Below, one piece after another: positions 45,792 to 57,636 of a stretch of DNA of 64,000 nt. This stretch comes from Candidatus Limnocylindrales bacterium (GTDB lineage Bacteria > Chloroflexota > Limnocylindria > Limnocylindrales > CSP1-4), in assembly GCA_036278755.1 (NCBI GenBank), contig DASUKL010000043.1, forward strand, positions 133 to 64,132, given 5' to 3'. Position 1 is the first letter of the stretch. Each line of letters opens with the position of its first letter. Below the pieces are notes generated by a model. It saw nothing but the letters and a program-made list of their open reading frames with translations. It was not told the DNA's origin and ran no database searches. Both the position numbers and the translations under genes were made by a program.

Positions 45792-46034
45792 GTGCCTCGA
45801 CCACCGTCCGACTGGGTGAGCCTGGCGGAGGCTGCGGCCATGCTCGACGTGGCCGGCGTCAAGGTCACGCCGGGCACCGTGGGCCGCTGGGCGCGGGCTG
45901 GTCGCCTCGATCGCATCCGGCCGGGGCGCATCGTCTACGTCCGGCGCTCCCAGGTCCGAGCCCTGCTGCGGCCCCGCCCGCGGGTCCGGATGGAGGCCGT
46001 CCAGGTCGGCCTGTTCGAGGATCACCACGGCTGA
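45792..46034 (+). CDS. Small HTH (excisionase/MerR-like) DNA-binding protein
   Basis: WVSLAEAAAMLDVAGVKVTPGTVGRWARAGRL pattern. The GTG start was chosen just after the FmdB stop and is uncertain. Confidence 0.5.
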   Translation: MPRPPSDWVSLAEAAAMLDVAGVKVTPGTVGRWARAGRLDRIRPGRIVYVRRSQVRALLRPRPRVRMEAVQVGLFEDHHG

Positions 46035-46068
46035 GGGCCCTGCGGCGCGGGGCCGGCACCGCCTCGAG

Positions 46069-47124
46069 GTGGCCATCCGCCCGCTACTGCGCCGGCCGGT
46101 CGTGCGCGAGGCGCGGGCCGTCCTGGCCGACGACGGGGAGGCTGACGGATCACTGCTCAGCGCCGGTCTGGCCTTCCGGGCCCTCTTCGCGATCCTGCCC
46201 GCGCTGCTCCTGCTGACCGGCCTGGTGGGCCTCCTCGTGGGCGACCCGGAACGGCGCCTGGAGCTTCTGGGCAGCGTCCTCGACATCGTGCCCGGGCCGC
46301 TGGTCGACCCGTTCCGTCAGGCTCTTGAAGCCCTTGCCCGCGGGGGCTCGGCCTTCTCGATCATCGGCCTGGCCACGCTGGCCTGGGGGGCCAGTGGCTT
46401 CTACGGGCAGCTCGACGCGGCCATGGCCCGGCTGATCCCCGGCCCTCGTCGGCGGGGGATGCTCACCGACCGCCTCCGCGGCCTGGCGGCGGTGGGCGCG
46501 GTCGCCGCCGCCGTCGTGCTCGGCGCCGTGGCGGCCGCTGCGTGGTCCATCCTGGCTGCCCGGATCAGCCTCTCGGCCTTCCCCATCGCGGCGCTCGCGG
46601 GCGGTGTAGCCGCCGCCGCGCTGCTCCTGGGGTGCATGGACCTGGCTGTCTACCGGCTGGTCCCGGTGGCTGCTCCGGATCTGGCCGCGGCCCTGGCGCC
46701 GGCCCTGGTCAGTGGCCTGGCTCAGGCCGTGGCGACCGTGTCGTTCGCCATCCTGGCCCCGTGGCTCATCGGATCACTGGCCACGTTCGGCGCTCTGGTG
46801 GGCCTTCTGGCGGCCATGATCTGGCTGGAGCTGATGGCCCGCTTGCTCGTCCTGGGGGCGAGCTGGGCCCGGCGCAGGCGCGATCGCGCGACAGGTGCCT
46901 CGGGGGCCGCCAGGGCCGGAGGATCAGGCCGCCTGACGCGAGCCGCAGCGGCGGCAGAAGCGGGCCGTGGCCGAGAGGGCCAGGCCGCAGGAGACGCAGG
47001 CTTGGACGGTCGCCCCGGCGCTGCGAGCGGTGAGTTGGGCGGCCGAGGCCTCCCAGGGTCCCAGGGCGGCCTCGGCCGTAGCGGCCGGGAGGGTGGTCAG
47101 TCGATCGGGCGGGGCCAGGGGTGA
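46069..47124 (+). CDS. YihY/BrkB (virulence factor BrkB / RNase BN-like) family membrane protein
   Basis: SAGLAFRALFAILPALLLL and following TM pattern. The Gly/Arg-rich tail overlaps the convergent gene. Confidence 0.8.
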   Translation: MAIRPLLRRPVVREARAVLADDGEADGSLLSAGLAFRALFAILPALLLLTGLVGLLVGDPERRLELLGSVLDIVPGPLVDPFRQALEALARGGSAFSIIGLATLAWGASGFYGQLDAAMARLIPGPRRRGMLTDRLRGLAAVGAVAAAVVLGAVAAAAWSILAARISLSAFPIAALAGGVAAAALLLGCMDLAVYRLVPVAAPDLAAALAPALVSGLAQAVATVSFAILAPWLIGSLATFGALVGLLAAMIWLELMARLLVLGASWARRRRDRATGASGAARAGGSGRLTRAAAAAEAGRGREGQAAGDAGLDGRPGAASGELGGRGLPGSQGGLGRSGREGGQSIGRGQG

Positions 47125-48168
47125 CGGGCCGCTGGGCCAGGCCGGGCCGCCCTCCAGGGGAGCGCCCAGCGGGGGCCAGGGCGGAGCGGGGGGTGGGACG
47201 GCCGGCGGGCGCAGCGGCACCGGCGGGCGGTCATGGGCCACGGGCACGGCAGGCGGCCAGGCCGCCGGAGCGACGGGTGGCTCCGCAGGCGGCGCGAGAG
47301 GGCCGATCGGGCGGGGCTGGGGGAAGAGGCTGATCCCGTTCGTCGGCAGTGGCTGGGAGGCCAGCGGTGCGGGCACGGATGGTTCGGCGCTGGCGGCCAG
47401 CGGTTCGGGCACGGATGGTTCGGCGCTGGCGGCCAGTGGTTCGGAGGCCGGTGGTTCGACGGGGGCGACGGGTGGGGCGATGGCGAACGGACCGTTGGTC
47501 GAGGGTTCGGTCGTAGCCGCCAGCGGCGCGATGGGCGGCAGATCCACGGACGGCAGGTCGACGGGCGGAGGCCCGGATGGCGCATCCGGCTCGACGACGG
47601 TCTCCGGGACGGCCGCCGCGGCCGCGAGCGTGGGCTCCTCGACCTCCGGCGGCTGGGCCAGGGCCTCGATGGCCTCGCGCAGGCTCGGCTCAGGGGCCGT
47701 CCCGTTCGTCGGCTCGGCCGTCAGCGCGGCGAGCACGGACGGCTCCAGCTCGATGGGGGCCACCGTGCTCGGTGGCAGGGCGTCCGCCTCGGACCCGGCC
47801 CCCTCGGACCCGCCTCGCAGCTTGGTCAAGTCCAGGAGTCCCGGCCGCGGGGCACAGCTCAGGCAGCGCCCCTCGGCCTCGTTCCAGCACTCCAGACAGG
47901 TGTACTGGCGGCAGTCCATGCAGAAGTTGAAGGCCTGGTGGAAGGCCTCCAGCTGTTGCTCCGCGCGGGCCCGGTCGTCGTCGCGGCGGGCGTCGGCCAG
48001 CGCCGCGTCGAGGGGCAGCTCGTCGTCGAGGACGTAGTTGCGCAGGCCGCGGGCCAGGGCGCGGGCTTGCTTGAGGCGGCCGCTGCCACCGTGTTGTGGC
48101 TGCGGCGTCTCGAAGGTGTACCGCGTCCCGCAACGCTCGCAGAACGATTCGGTGAGGAGTTCAGGCAT
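46924..48168 (-). CDS. Proline-rich protein with an N-terminal Cys cluster and a C-terminal zinc ribbon
   Basis: CERCG...CMDCRQYTCLECW...CLSC at the N-terminus and CVSCG...CRRCG at the C-terminus. Central P/A/E-rich linker containing a 36-nt tandem duplication. Confidence 0.7.
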   Translation of the reverse strand: MPELLTESFCERCGTRYTFETPQPQHGGSGRLKQARALARGLRNYVLDDELPLDAALADARRDDDRARAEQQLEAFHQAFNFCMDCRQYTCLECWNEAEGRCLSCAPRPGLLDLTKLRGGSEGAGSEADALPPSTVAPIELEPSVLAALTAEPTNGTAPEPSLREAIEALAQPPEVEEPTLAAAAAVPETVVEPDAPSGPPPVDLPSVDLPPIAPLAATTEPSTNGPFAIAPPVAPVEPPASEPLAASAEPSVPEPLAASAEPSVPAPLASQPLPTNGISLFPQPRPIGPLAPPAEPPVAPAAWPPAVPVAHDRPPVPLRPPAVPPPAPPWPPLGAPLEGGPAWPSGPSPLAPPDRLTTLPAATAEAALGPWEASAAQLTARSAGATVQACVSCGLALSATARFCRRCGSRQAA

Positions 48169-48290
48169 CGATGCTGGGCAGTGTCCCCGTGAGGCGCATT
48201 CCGGGGCGCCGGGTGGAGAGTATAGTCGCGTGCCTGCGGCGCCCTTCGACCGAGGGTACCGACGGCCAGCGGTGATGGTCAGGGGGTGGC

Positions 48291-48299
48291 TGCTACACT
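48291..48299 (+). promoter_or_regulatory. Extended -10 element TGcTACACT 10 nt upstream of the fhaA ATG
   Basis: Read directly. Confidence 0.45.
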
Positions 48300-48309
48300 C
48301 CCGGCGCCG

Positions 48310-49128
48310 ATGGCCCGACCACTCGCCGCGCTGGAGCGGTTCTTCGAGCGGCTCTTCGAGCGCCCGGCGACCCGGCTCTTCCGGGCGTCGATCCAGCCTG
48401 TCCAGCTCGAGCGGCGGGTTGAGCGCGCGATGGAGGCTGAGCGACGGTTCGGTGGCCGGCGGACGGACGTCCCCGATCGCTACCGCATCCAGCTCGAGCC
48501 CTCCGACCTAGCCCCCCTGGCAGGCTATCAGGCCACCTTGGAGGCGAGCCTCTCGGATGCTGTCCTGACGCGAGCCAGGGCCCGCGGCTACACCCTGGCC
48601 GAGACGCCCCGGGTGACCCTTCACGCCAACCCGGGCGTGGCCCGCGGCGACATCGTGGTCCTGACCGCCTTCCGCGACCCGCTCGAGGCGCGCCCGGCGC
48701 CAGAAGGGTTCCAGCGCCTCGACGTGGCGGCCGGGGAGGGGGCCGTGCCTGGGCCTTTGCCGGCCGCCGCGGCCGGAGAAGCGACGGCCGTCTTCGCCAC
48801 CGGCGGCCAGGCCCTGCCGCCGGTGACCTTGCTGGTGGAGGAGCCGGGACGGCCCCCGCGCTCGCTGTCCCTGAGCGGCACCAGCCTGACCATCGGCCGG
48901 GGCCAGGACAACGACCTCGTCCTGCGGGACGACCGCGTCTCCCGGCGCCACGGCCGTCTGGCGGTGCGCCAGGGCGCCCTGGTGTACGAAGACCTCGGCA
49001 GCACCAACGGCAGCTTCGTCAACCAGCGGCGCGTGGAGCAGGTGGTGCTCGGCCTGTCCGATGAGCTGTGGCTGGGGAGCTGCCGGGTCACGGTCGTTCC
49101 CGATGAGGCGGCGACGTGGATCCCCTGA
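48310..49128 (+). CDS. fhaA: FhaA-like protein (DUF3662 N-domain plus C-terminal FHA)
   Basis: LERFFERLFE N-terminus. FHA core TIGRGQDNDLVLRDDRVSRRHGRL...DLGSTNGSFVN. Confidence 0.88.
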   Translation: MARPLAALERFFERLFERPATRLFRASIQPVQLERRVERAMEAERRFGGRRTDVPDRYRIQLEPSDLAPLAGYQATLEASLSDAVLTRARARGYTLAETPRVTLHANPGVARGDIVVLTAFRDPLEARPAPEGFQRLDVAAGEGAVPGPLPAAAAGEATAVFATGGQALPPVTLLVEEPGRPPRSLSLSGTSLTIGRGQDNDLVLRDDRVSRRHGRLAVRQGALVYEDLGSTNGSFVNQRRVEQVVLGLSDELWLGSCRVTVVPDEAATWIP

Positions 49129-49571
49129 GCCTCACCCTGTGGCTCATCCGCCTGGCCTTCGTGGCCCTGCTCTATCTCTTCGTGGCCTTCGTGGTGCGCG
49201 GCCTGTGGCGCGACCTCCGGGCCACGGTGGGGACCGTCGATCGAGCCCTTGGCCGCCTGATCGTGGTGGACAGCCCCGGCGACCCGGCGCCGCCACCAGG
49301 GACGACGTACGCCCTCGACGCGGTCACCAGCCTGGGCCGTGACGTGAACAACAGCGTGGTGGTCGAGGACGCCTTCGTCTCGACCCGCCATGCGGCCCTC
49401 ACCTATCGTGGCCGGGCCTGGTTCCTCGAGGACCTGGGCAGCACCAACGGGACCTTCCTCAACGGCCAGCGGATCGTCGCGGCGGTCGACTGCGGCTACG
49501 GTGACGAGATCGGCGTGGGCCGCGTCCGCTTCCGTCTCGAGCGGCCATCGCGCGGGGCGGCCTTCCAGTGA
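49116..49571 (+). CDS. fhaB: FhaB/FipA-like membrane-anchored FHA protein
   Basis: N-terminal TM helix followed by an FHA core (SLGRD...VSTRHAAL...DLGSTNGTFLNG). Confidence 0.88.
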   Translation: MDPLSLTLWLIRLAFVALLYLFVAFVVRGLWRDLRATVGTVDRALGRLIVVDSPGDPAPPPGTTYALDAVTSLGRDVNNSVVVEDAFVSTRHAALTYRGRAWFLEDLGSTNGTFLNGQRIVAAVDCGYGDEIGVGRVRFRLERPSRGAAFQ

Positions 49572-51004
49572 TGGTGGTGCAGGTCGGGGGCGTCAGCCGG
49601 CTCCGAGCCCGGCGGCGGCCGCGTGAGCTGGGCCTGCTCGTGGTCGTCGCGCTGGCGCTGCTCACAGGCTGGCTGTCGCTGGCCACGCAGCAGGCCGGCT
49701 CGCTGACGGCGGGCCAGCCGGGGCTCATCGTCGGCTACCTCCTCCTCCTGCTGGCGGCGCACCTGGCCCTGGTCCTCGCCGGCCGAGCCAGCGATCAGGT
49801 CCTCCTGCCCACGGTGGGCCTCCTGGGGGGCATCTCGCTGCTCTTCATGGTCCGCTTGCCGCAGGGACTGGCCCACCAGACGCTGGGGCCCTTCGAGCTG
49901 GGCCTGGCCCAGCTCCAGCTGGCCTGGCTGACGCTCAGCCTGGCCATCCTCGTGGCCGTGGCCGTCGCCGTCCGCAGCGACACCTGGTTGCGCTACTACA
50001 AGTACACCTGGGCGGCGGGCGGGGTGGCCCTCCTGCTGCTCGTCTTCGCCTTCGGCGAGGACACCAACGGCGCTCGGCTCTTCCTCCGCGTGGGGCCCCT
50101 GGCAGGCCAGCCCTCGGAGCTGCTGAAGATCATCCTCGTCGTCTTCCTGGCCGGCTACCTGGCCGACAACCGGGCCCTCCTGGCCCGGGCCAGCACGCAC
50201 CTGGGCCCTCTCCGCCTCCCGCCCTTGCCCTACCTGCTGCCCATGGCTGCGATGTGGGGCATCGCTCTGGCCATCGTGATCTTCCAGCGCGACCTGGGCG
50301 CCGCGCTCCTCTTCTTCAGCGTCTTTTTGGCCCTTCTCTACGTGGCGACCCAGCGGACCTCGTACGTCGTCCTCGGGGCGGCCGTGTTCCTGGCCGGCAG
50401 TGCGGTCCTCTACCGGCTGGTGCCCACGGTCCAGACCCGGGTGGACATCTGGCTCGATCCCTGGAGCACGGCCCAGACGGCCGGCTACCAGATCGTGCGG
50501 GCCCTCTATGCGTTCGGTCGGGGCGGCATCCTGGGCACGGGCCTGGGGGCTGGGCTTCCGGCCGTGGCGGGGGTCCCGGCCATCCCGGCCATCCAGACCG
50601 ACTTCGTCTTCGCCGGCTTGGCCGAGGAGCTAGGGTTGATGGGGGCCCTGGCCATCCTGCTGCTATACCTCATCGTCGCCCAGCGCGGCCTGCGCATCGC
50701 GGCCGCGGCCCGGGACGAGTTCCGGAGCCTGCTGGTGGCCGGCCTGACCTTCTCCCTGACCATCCAGGCGGCGATCATCATGGCCGGCGACGCCAAGCTC
50801 ATCCCTCTCACCGGCATCACCCTGCCCTTCGTCTCCTACGGCGGCTCGTCGCTGGTGGCCAACGGCATCATCGTCGGGCTGCTGGTGGCCTTCAGCGACC
50901 CTGGGCCTCTCGTGCCCGCCGTCCCGGCCGGCGGTAGCCGGCGCGAACGCGCCGCAGCCCGGGCTCGTGCCGCGGCCGGCCGCATCGAGCGGGCCGTCTC
51001 GTGA
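49568..51004 (+). CDS. rodA: FtsW/RodA/SpoVE-family peptidoglycan glycosyltransferase
   Basis: SEDS family TM pattern, PSELLKI, TDFVFAGLAEELG, PLTGITLPFVSYGGSS. Confidence 0.92.
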   Translation: MMVVQVGGVSRLRARRRPRELGLLVVVALALLTGWLSLATQQAGSLTAGQPGLIVGYLLLLLAAHLALVLAGRASDQVLLPTVGLLGGISLLFMVRLPQGLAHQTLGPFELGLAQLQLAWLTLSLAILVAVAVAVRSDTWLRYYKYTWAAGGVALLLLVFAFGEDTNGARLFLRVGPLAGQPSELLKIILVVFLAGYLADNRALLARASTHLGPLRLPPLPYLLPMAAMWGIALAIVIFQRDLGAALLFFSVFLALLYVATQRTSYVVLGAAVFLAGSAVLYRLVPTVQTRVDIWLDPWSTAQTAGYQIVRALYAFGRGGILGTGLGAGLPAVAGVPAIPAIQTDFVFAGLAEELGLMGALAILLLYLIVAQRGLRIAAAARDEFRSLLVAGLTFSLTIQAAIIMAGDAKLIPLTGITLPFVSYGGSSLVANGIIVGLLVAFSDPGPLVPAVPAGGSRRERAAARARAAAGRIERAVS

Positions 51005-52493
51005 GCGGTCCCCACGGCCGCGGGGGTCCGCAGGGTGGCGGCGCACCGCCCCTCGGTCGGGGCATCCTGCGCCTCGCCCTGGCCCTGGCCGTGGCCTACG
51101 TGGGCCTGGGCCTGGGGCTCAGCTACTGGCAGGTCGTCCAGGCCCCCAGCCTGGCCAGCGATCCGGGCAACCCCCTCGTCATGGCCGCCGCCCGCGAAGC
51201 GCCCCGCGGCGAGATCCTCGACGCGCGGGGGGTGGTCCTGGCCAAGGATGTGAGGGCGACCGACGGCAGCCGCCGGCGCACCTACCCCCAGCCCCTGGCC
51301 GCGCCGTTCCTGGGCTACCAAAGCCCGATCTTCGGCACGGCCGGGCTGGAACGAGCCTTCGACGCCCAGCTCTCGGGCCTCGTCCCGCCATCACCGCTGG
51401 ACGCTCTGCTGGGCAAGTTCCGGGACCGGCCTTACGTTCCCTCGGATGTCGTGACCTCGATCGACATGCGGCTGCAGCGGGAGGCGATGCGCCTGCTCGG
51501 CTCGCAGCGCGGCGCCGTCGTGGCCATGGATCCGACGACCGGCCGCATCCTGGCCCTGGCCTCCAGCCCGACCTTCGATCCGGCCAGGATCGTCGACCCC
51601 GATAGGGGGCGGGCCTACCTCGCCAGCCTCCGGTCACAGACGGCCGCGGCGCCGCTCCTCGACCGGGCCACCGAGGGGCGCTACGTGCCCGGCTCGGTCT
51701 TCAAGATCGTGACCTCCATCGCCGGGTTGGGCTCAGGCGCCATCACGCCGGCCACGACCTACCCCGACCAGCCGGCCGAGGAGCGGAGCGGCTTCCTCGT
51801 GGACGGGTTCCGGGTCACCGACGGGCACCATCTCTTCACCGGCTCGACGGCCCTCGACTACAGCCAGGCCCTGCAGGTCTCCTGCAACATCTGGTTCGCC
51901 CACGCCGGCCTGGCCATCGGCGCCGCCGACCTGCGAGACTGGGCTCGGCGCCTGGGCTTCGAGGCGCCGATCCCCTTCGATCTGCCGGCCGCGGCCAGCC
52001 AGGTCACGGGCGGCGGTGGCCCGGATGACGGCTTCCAGGACGAGGTCGAGCTGGCTAACGCCGCCTACGGCCAGGCCGAGACGCTCGTCACCCCCCTGCA
52101 GATGGCCCTTGTGGCCTCGACCGTGGCCGATGGCGGGGTGCTGATGAAGCCCCAGCTGGTGACCGAGGTCCGGCCGGCCGAGGGGACAGCGGACCTGCGC
52201 GCCCCGGAGACCTGGCGCCGGGTCCTTGATCCCTCCACCGCGACCGTCATCCGCGAGGCTATGGTGCAGGCCGTGAGCAGCGACTGGGGGCGGCGGTTCG
52301 CTGGGCCGGCCCAGGTGCCCGGCGTGCCCACGGCCGGCAAGAGCGGCACGGCCCAACTGGGCTCCGGGGAGCCGCACAGCTGGTTCATCGGCTTCGCCCC
52401 GGCCGACGCCCCCCGCATCGCCGTGGCCGTGGTCATCGAGCGGGCCGGGGAGGGCTCGGGCGCGGCGGTGCCGCTGGGCGGCAAGCTCATGGC

Positions 52494-52518
<25 letters not shown>
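51001..52518 (+). CDS. pbpA: Penicillin-binding protein 2 / PbpA-type transpeptidase
   Basis: SVFK (SxxK), the SCN motif region and KSGTA (KTG-type). GTGA overlap with rodA. Confidence 0.9.
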
Positions 52519-55196
<2,678 letters not shown>

Positions 55197-55320
55197 GTTC
55201 GCATCCTAGTCCCCTCGGAACCAGCCCTGGCGGCCTAGCGTAGTATCCCCTGACGGGACCCGGCGACTGCCCTGCAGCCCATCGACCGTGGCCCGCGGCG
55301 AAGAGGAGGAAGCATCGCCG

Positions 55321-56295
55321 ATGGCCATCCAGGATGCCGGCGAGAAGGTCGTCGCCAACGTCGAGCGGGTCATCGTGGGCAAGCACGAGGAGGTGCGCCT
55401 GGCGCTGGTGGCCCTCCTGTGTCGCGGTCACCTGCTGATCGAGGACGTGCCGGGCACCGGCAAGACGGTCCTGGCCAAGGCCATCGCCCGCAGCCTGGGC
55501 TGCACCTTCCGGCGCATCCAGTTCACGCCCGACCTGCTGCCCTCGGACGTGACCGGCCTCTCCATCTACAACCAGAAGACCCAGGAGTTCGAGTTCCGGC
55601 CGGGGCCCATCATGGCCCAGATCGTGCTGGCCGACGAGATCAATCGGGCCACGCCTAAGACCCAATCGGCCCTCCTCGAGTGCATGGAGGAGCGGCAGGC
55701 CACGATCGACGGCACGACCTACCCCATGCCCGATCCGTTCCTCGTCATCGCCACCCAGAACCCCATCGAGTACGAGGGCACCTTCGCCCTGCCGGAGGCC
55801 CAGCTCGACCGCTTCATGCTGCGCCTGCGGATGGGCTATCCGGAGCCGGTGGACGAGATCGTCATCCTCGACGAGCAGAAGCGCCGCCACCCCATCGACG
55901 AGCTCGCGGAGGTGGCCTCGGTGGACGAGCTGCAGGCCATGCAGGCCGCGGTCCGCGAGGTCTACGTCGACCCGGCGGTGGCCGACTACATCGTCCGCCT
56001 CGTGGGCGCCACCCGGGCCCACGGCGATGTCTATCTGGGGGCCTCGCCGCGGGGCTCCCTGGCCCTCTACAAGGCCGGCCAGGCCTACGCCGCGCTGAAC
56101 GGCCGGGACTACGTCATCCCCGACGATGTCAAGGCCCTGGCCGAACCGGCCCTGGCCCACCGGCTCATCGTCAAGACGGCCGCCTCGATCCGGGACATCG
56201 ACCCCAGCAGCGTGGTCAGGGAGCTGCTGGAAAGCGTGCCCATCGAGGCGCCCGGACCCGGTCGGGCGGAGCGGGCCCTGGTCCGGCCCGTCTAG
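55321..56295 (+). CDS. moxR: MoxR-family AAA+ ATPase
   Basis: [46 protein letters not shown] upstream of ATG 55321. Confidence 0.93.
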   Translation: MAIQDAGEKVVANVERVIVGKHEEVRLALVALLCRGHLLIEDVPGTGKTVLAKAIARSLGCTFRRIQFTPDLLPSDVTGLSIYNQKTQEFEFRPGPIMAQIVLADEINRATPKTQSALLECMEERQATIDGTTYPMPDPFLVIATQNPIEYEGTFALPEAQLDRFMLRLRMGYPEPVDEIVILDEQKRRHPIDELAEVASVDELQAMQAAVREVYVDPAVADYIVRLVGATRAHGDVYLGASPRGSLALYKAGQAYAALNGRDYVIPDDVKALAEPALAHRLIVKTAASIRDIDPSSVVRELLESVPIEAPGPGRAERALVRPV

Positions 56296-56318
56296 CCGCC
56301 GGACAGGAGGAGCGGGCG

Positions 56319-57629
56319 ATGCTCCGCCGCCTCGAGGTCGTGGTCCTGGCCGTCGTGCTGCTCGTGGGCGCCTTCTCGACCGGCGTCGACTTCCTGTTCT
56401 TCCTCGTCTACCTCGGCCTCTTCGTGCTGGGCGGGGCCTATCTCATCAGCCGCTTCGGGCTGGCCGACCTGGAGGCTGGCTTCGCCGTCGACCGCACGGC
56501 CGGCCACGTGGGCGAGACCCTCCGGGCCACCTACACCCTGCGCAACGCCGGGCGCCTGCCGAAGCTGTGGCTGGAGGCCTACAACCCCTCGACCCTGCCC
56601 GTGCCGCTACCCGGCCGAGCCATCTCCCTGGGGCCGCGCAGCGAGCGTTCGTGGATCGCCCGCGTGCCCCTCACGGCCCGTGGCCACTTCCGCATCGAGC
56701 CCCTCGTCATCCGCACCGGCGACCCCTTCGGCCTCTTCGAGGCTGCGGCCACGGTGGGCACGGCCAGCGGGCTGACCGTCTATCCGCGGGTCGAGCCGCT
56801 GCCCCGCTGGCGCCTGCCCGCCACGGCTCTCGAGGGCAACCGCGCCAGCCGCGAACGGACGATCCAGACGACGCCCCTCGTGACCTCGATCCGGCCCTAC
56901 GCCCCCGGCGACGCCTTCAATCGCATCCACTGGAAGAGCACGGCCCGCCAGCAGGAGCTGCAGGTCAAGGAGTTCGACCTCGAGCAGACGGCCGATCTGT
57001 GGCTCTTCCTGGACCTCGACGCCACGGTCCACGCCGGGCGGGGTGAGGACTCGACCATCGAGGCGGCGGTGCGCGTGGCGGCCGCCCTGGCCGACCACGC
57101 CCTGGCCGAGAACCGGGCCGTGGGCTTGACCGCGGTGGGCCATCACCCGGTCGTCCTGCCGGCGGACCGTGGGGGGCGGCAACGGCACAAGATCATGACC
57201 CTCCTGGCGGCCGTCGAGGCCGACGGCCTGACGCCCCTCGTCGAGGTCCTCCTCCAGGGCTTGCCGCGCCTCCGCCGGGGGATGACGGCCATGGTCGTCA
57301 CGCCCTCCCTGGCGCGCGACTGGGTCCGGCCCCTGGCCACCCTCCACGGCCGGGGGGTGGGGGCGGCCGTGGCCCTCATCGACGCCGCGGCCTACGCCGG
57401 TCGGTCCGCGTCTGGGCCCGGCTCGCAGCCTGGCACCCGACCCGCGGCGACCGGGTCCACCGACGGGCCGGCCGAGGATGAGGACACCGACGCCGCGCGA
57501 GCCGCGCGGGCCCTGCAGCATGCCCTGGCCGAGTACGACCTGGACCGCTACGCCGTGGCCCCCGGCACGCCGCTCGGCGAGCTGTTCGTGACGGCCCAGG
57601 CCGCGAGCCCGGTCGCCGCGTTCCGGTGA
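56319..57629 (+). CDS. DUF58 domain-containing protein
   Basis: Two N-terminal TM helices, then RPYAPGDAFNRIHWKSTAR and the VKEFD motif. AGGAGGAG upstream of ATG 56319. Confidence 0.9.
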   Translation: MLRRLEVVVLAVVLLVGAFSTGVDFLFFLVYLGLFVLGGAYLISRFGLADLEAGFAVDRTAGHVGETLRATYTLRNAGRLPKLWLEAYNPSTLPVPLPGRAISLGPRSERSWIARVPLTARGHFRIEPLVIRTGDPFGLFEAAATVGTASGLTVYPRVEPLPRWRLPATALEGNRASRERTIQTTPLVTSIRPYAPGDAFNRIHWKSTARQQELQVKEFDLEQTADLWLFLDLDATVHAGRGEDSTIEAAVRVAAALADHALAENRAVGLTAVGHHPVVLPADRGGRQRHKIMTLLAAVEADGLTPLVEVLLQGLPRLRRGMTAMVVTPSLARDWVRPLATLHGRGVGAAVALIDAAAYAGRSASGPGSQPGTRPAATGSTDGPAEDEDTDAARAARALQHALAEYDLDRYAVAPGTPLGELFVTAQAASPVAAFR

Positions 57630-57636
57630 GCCGCCC

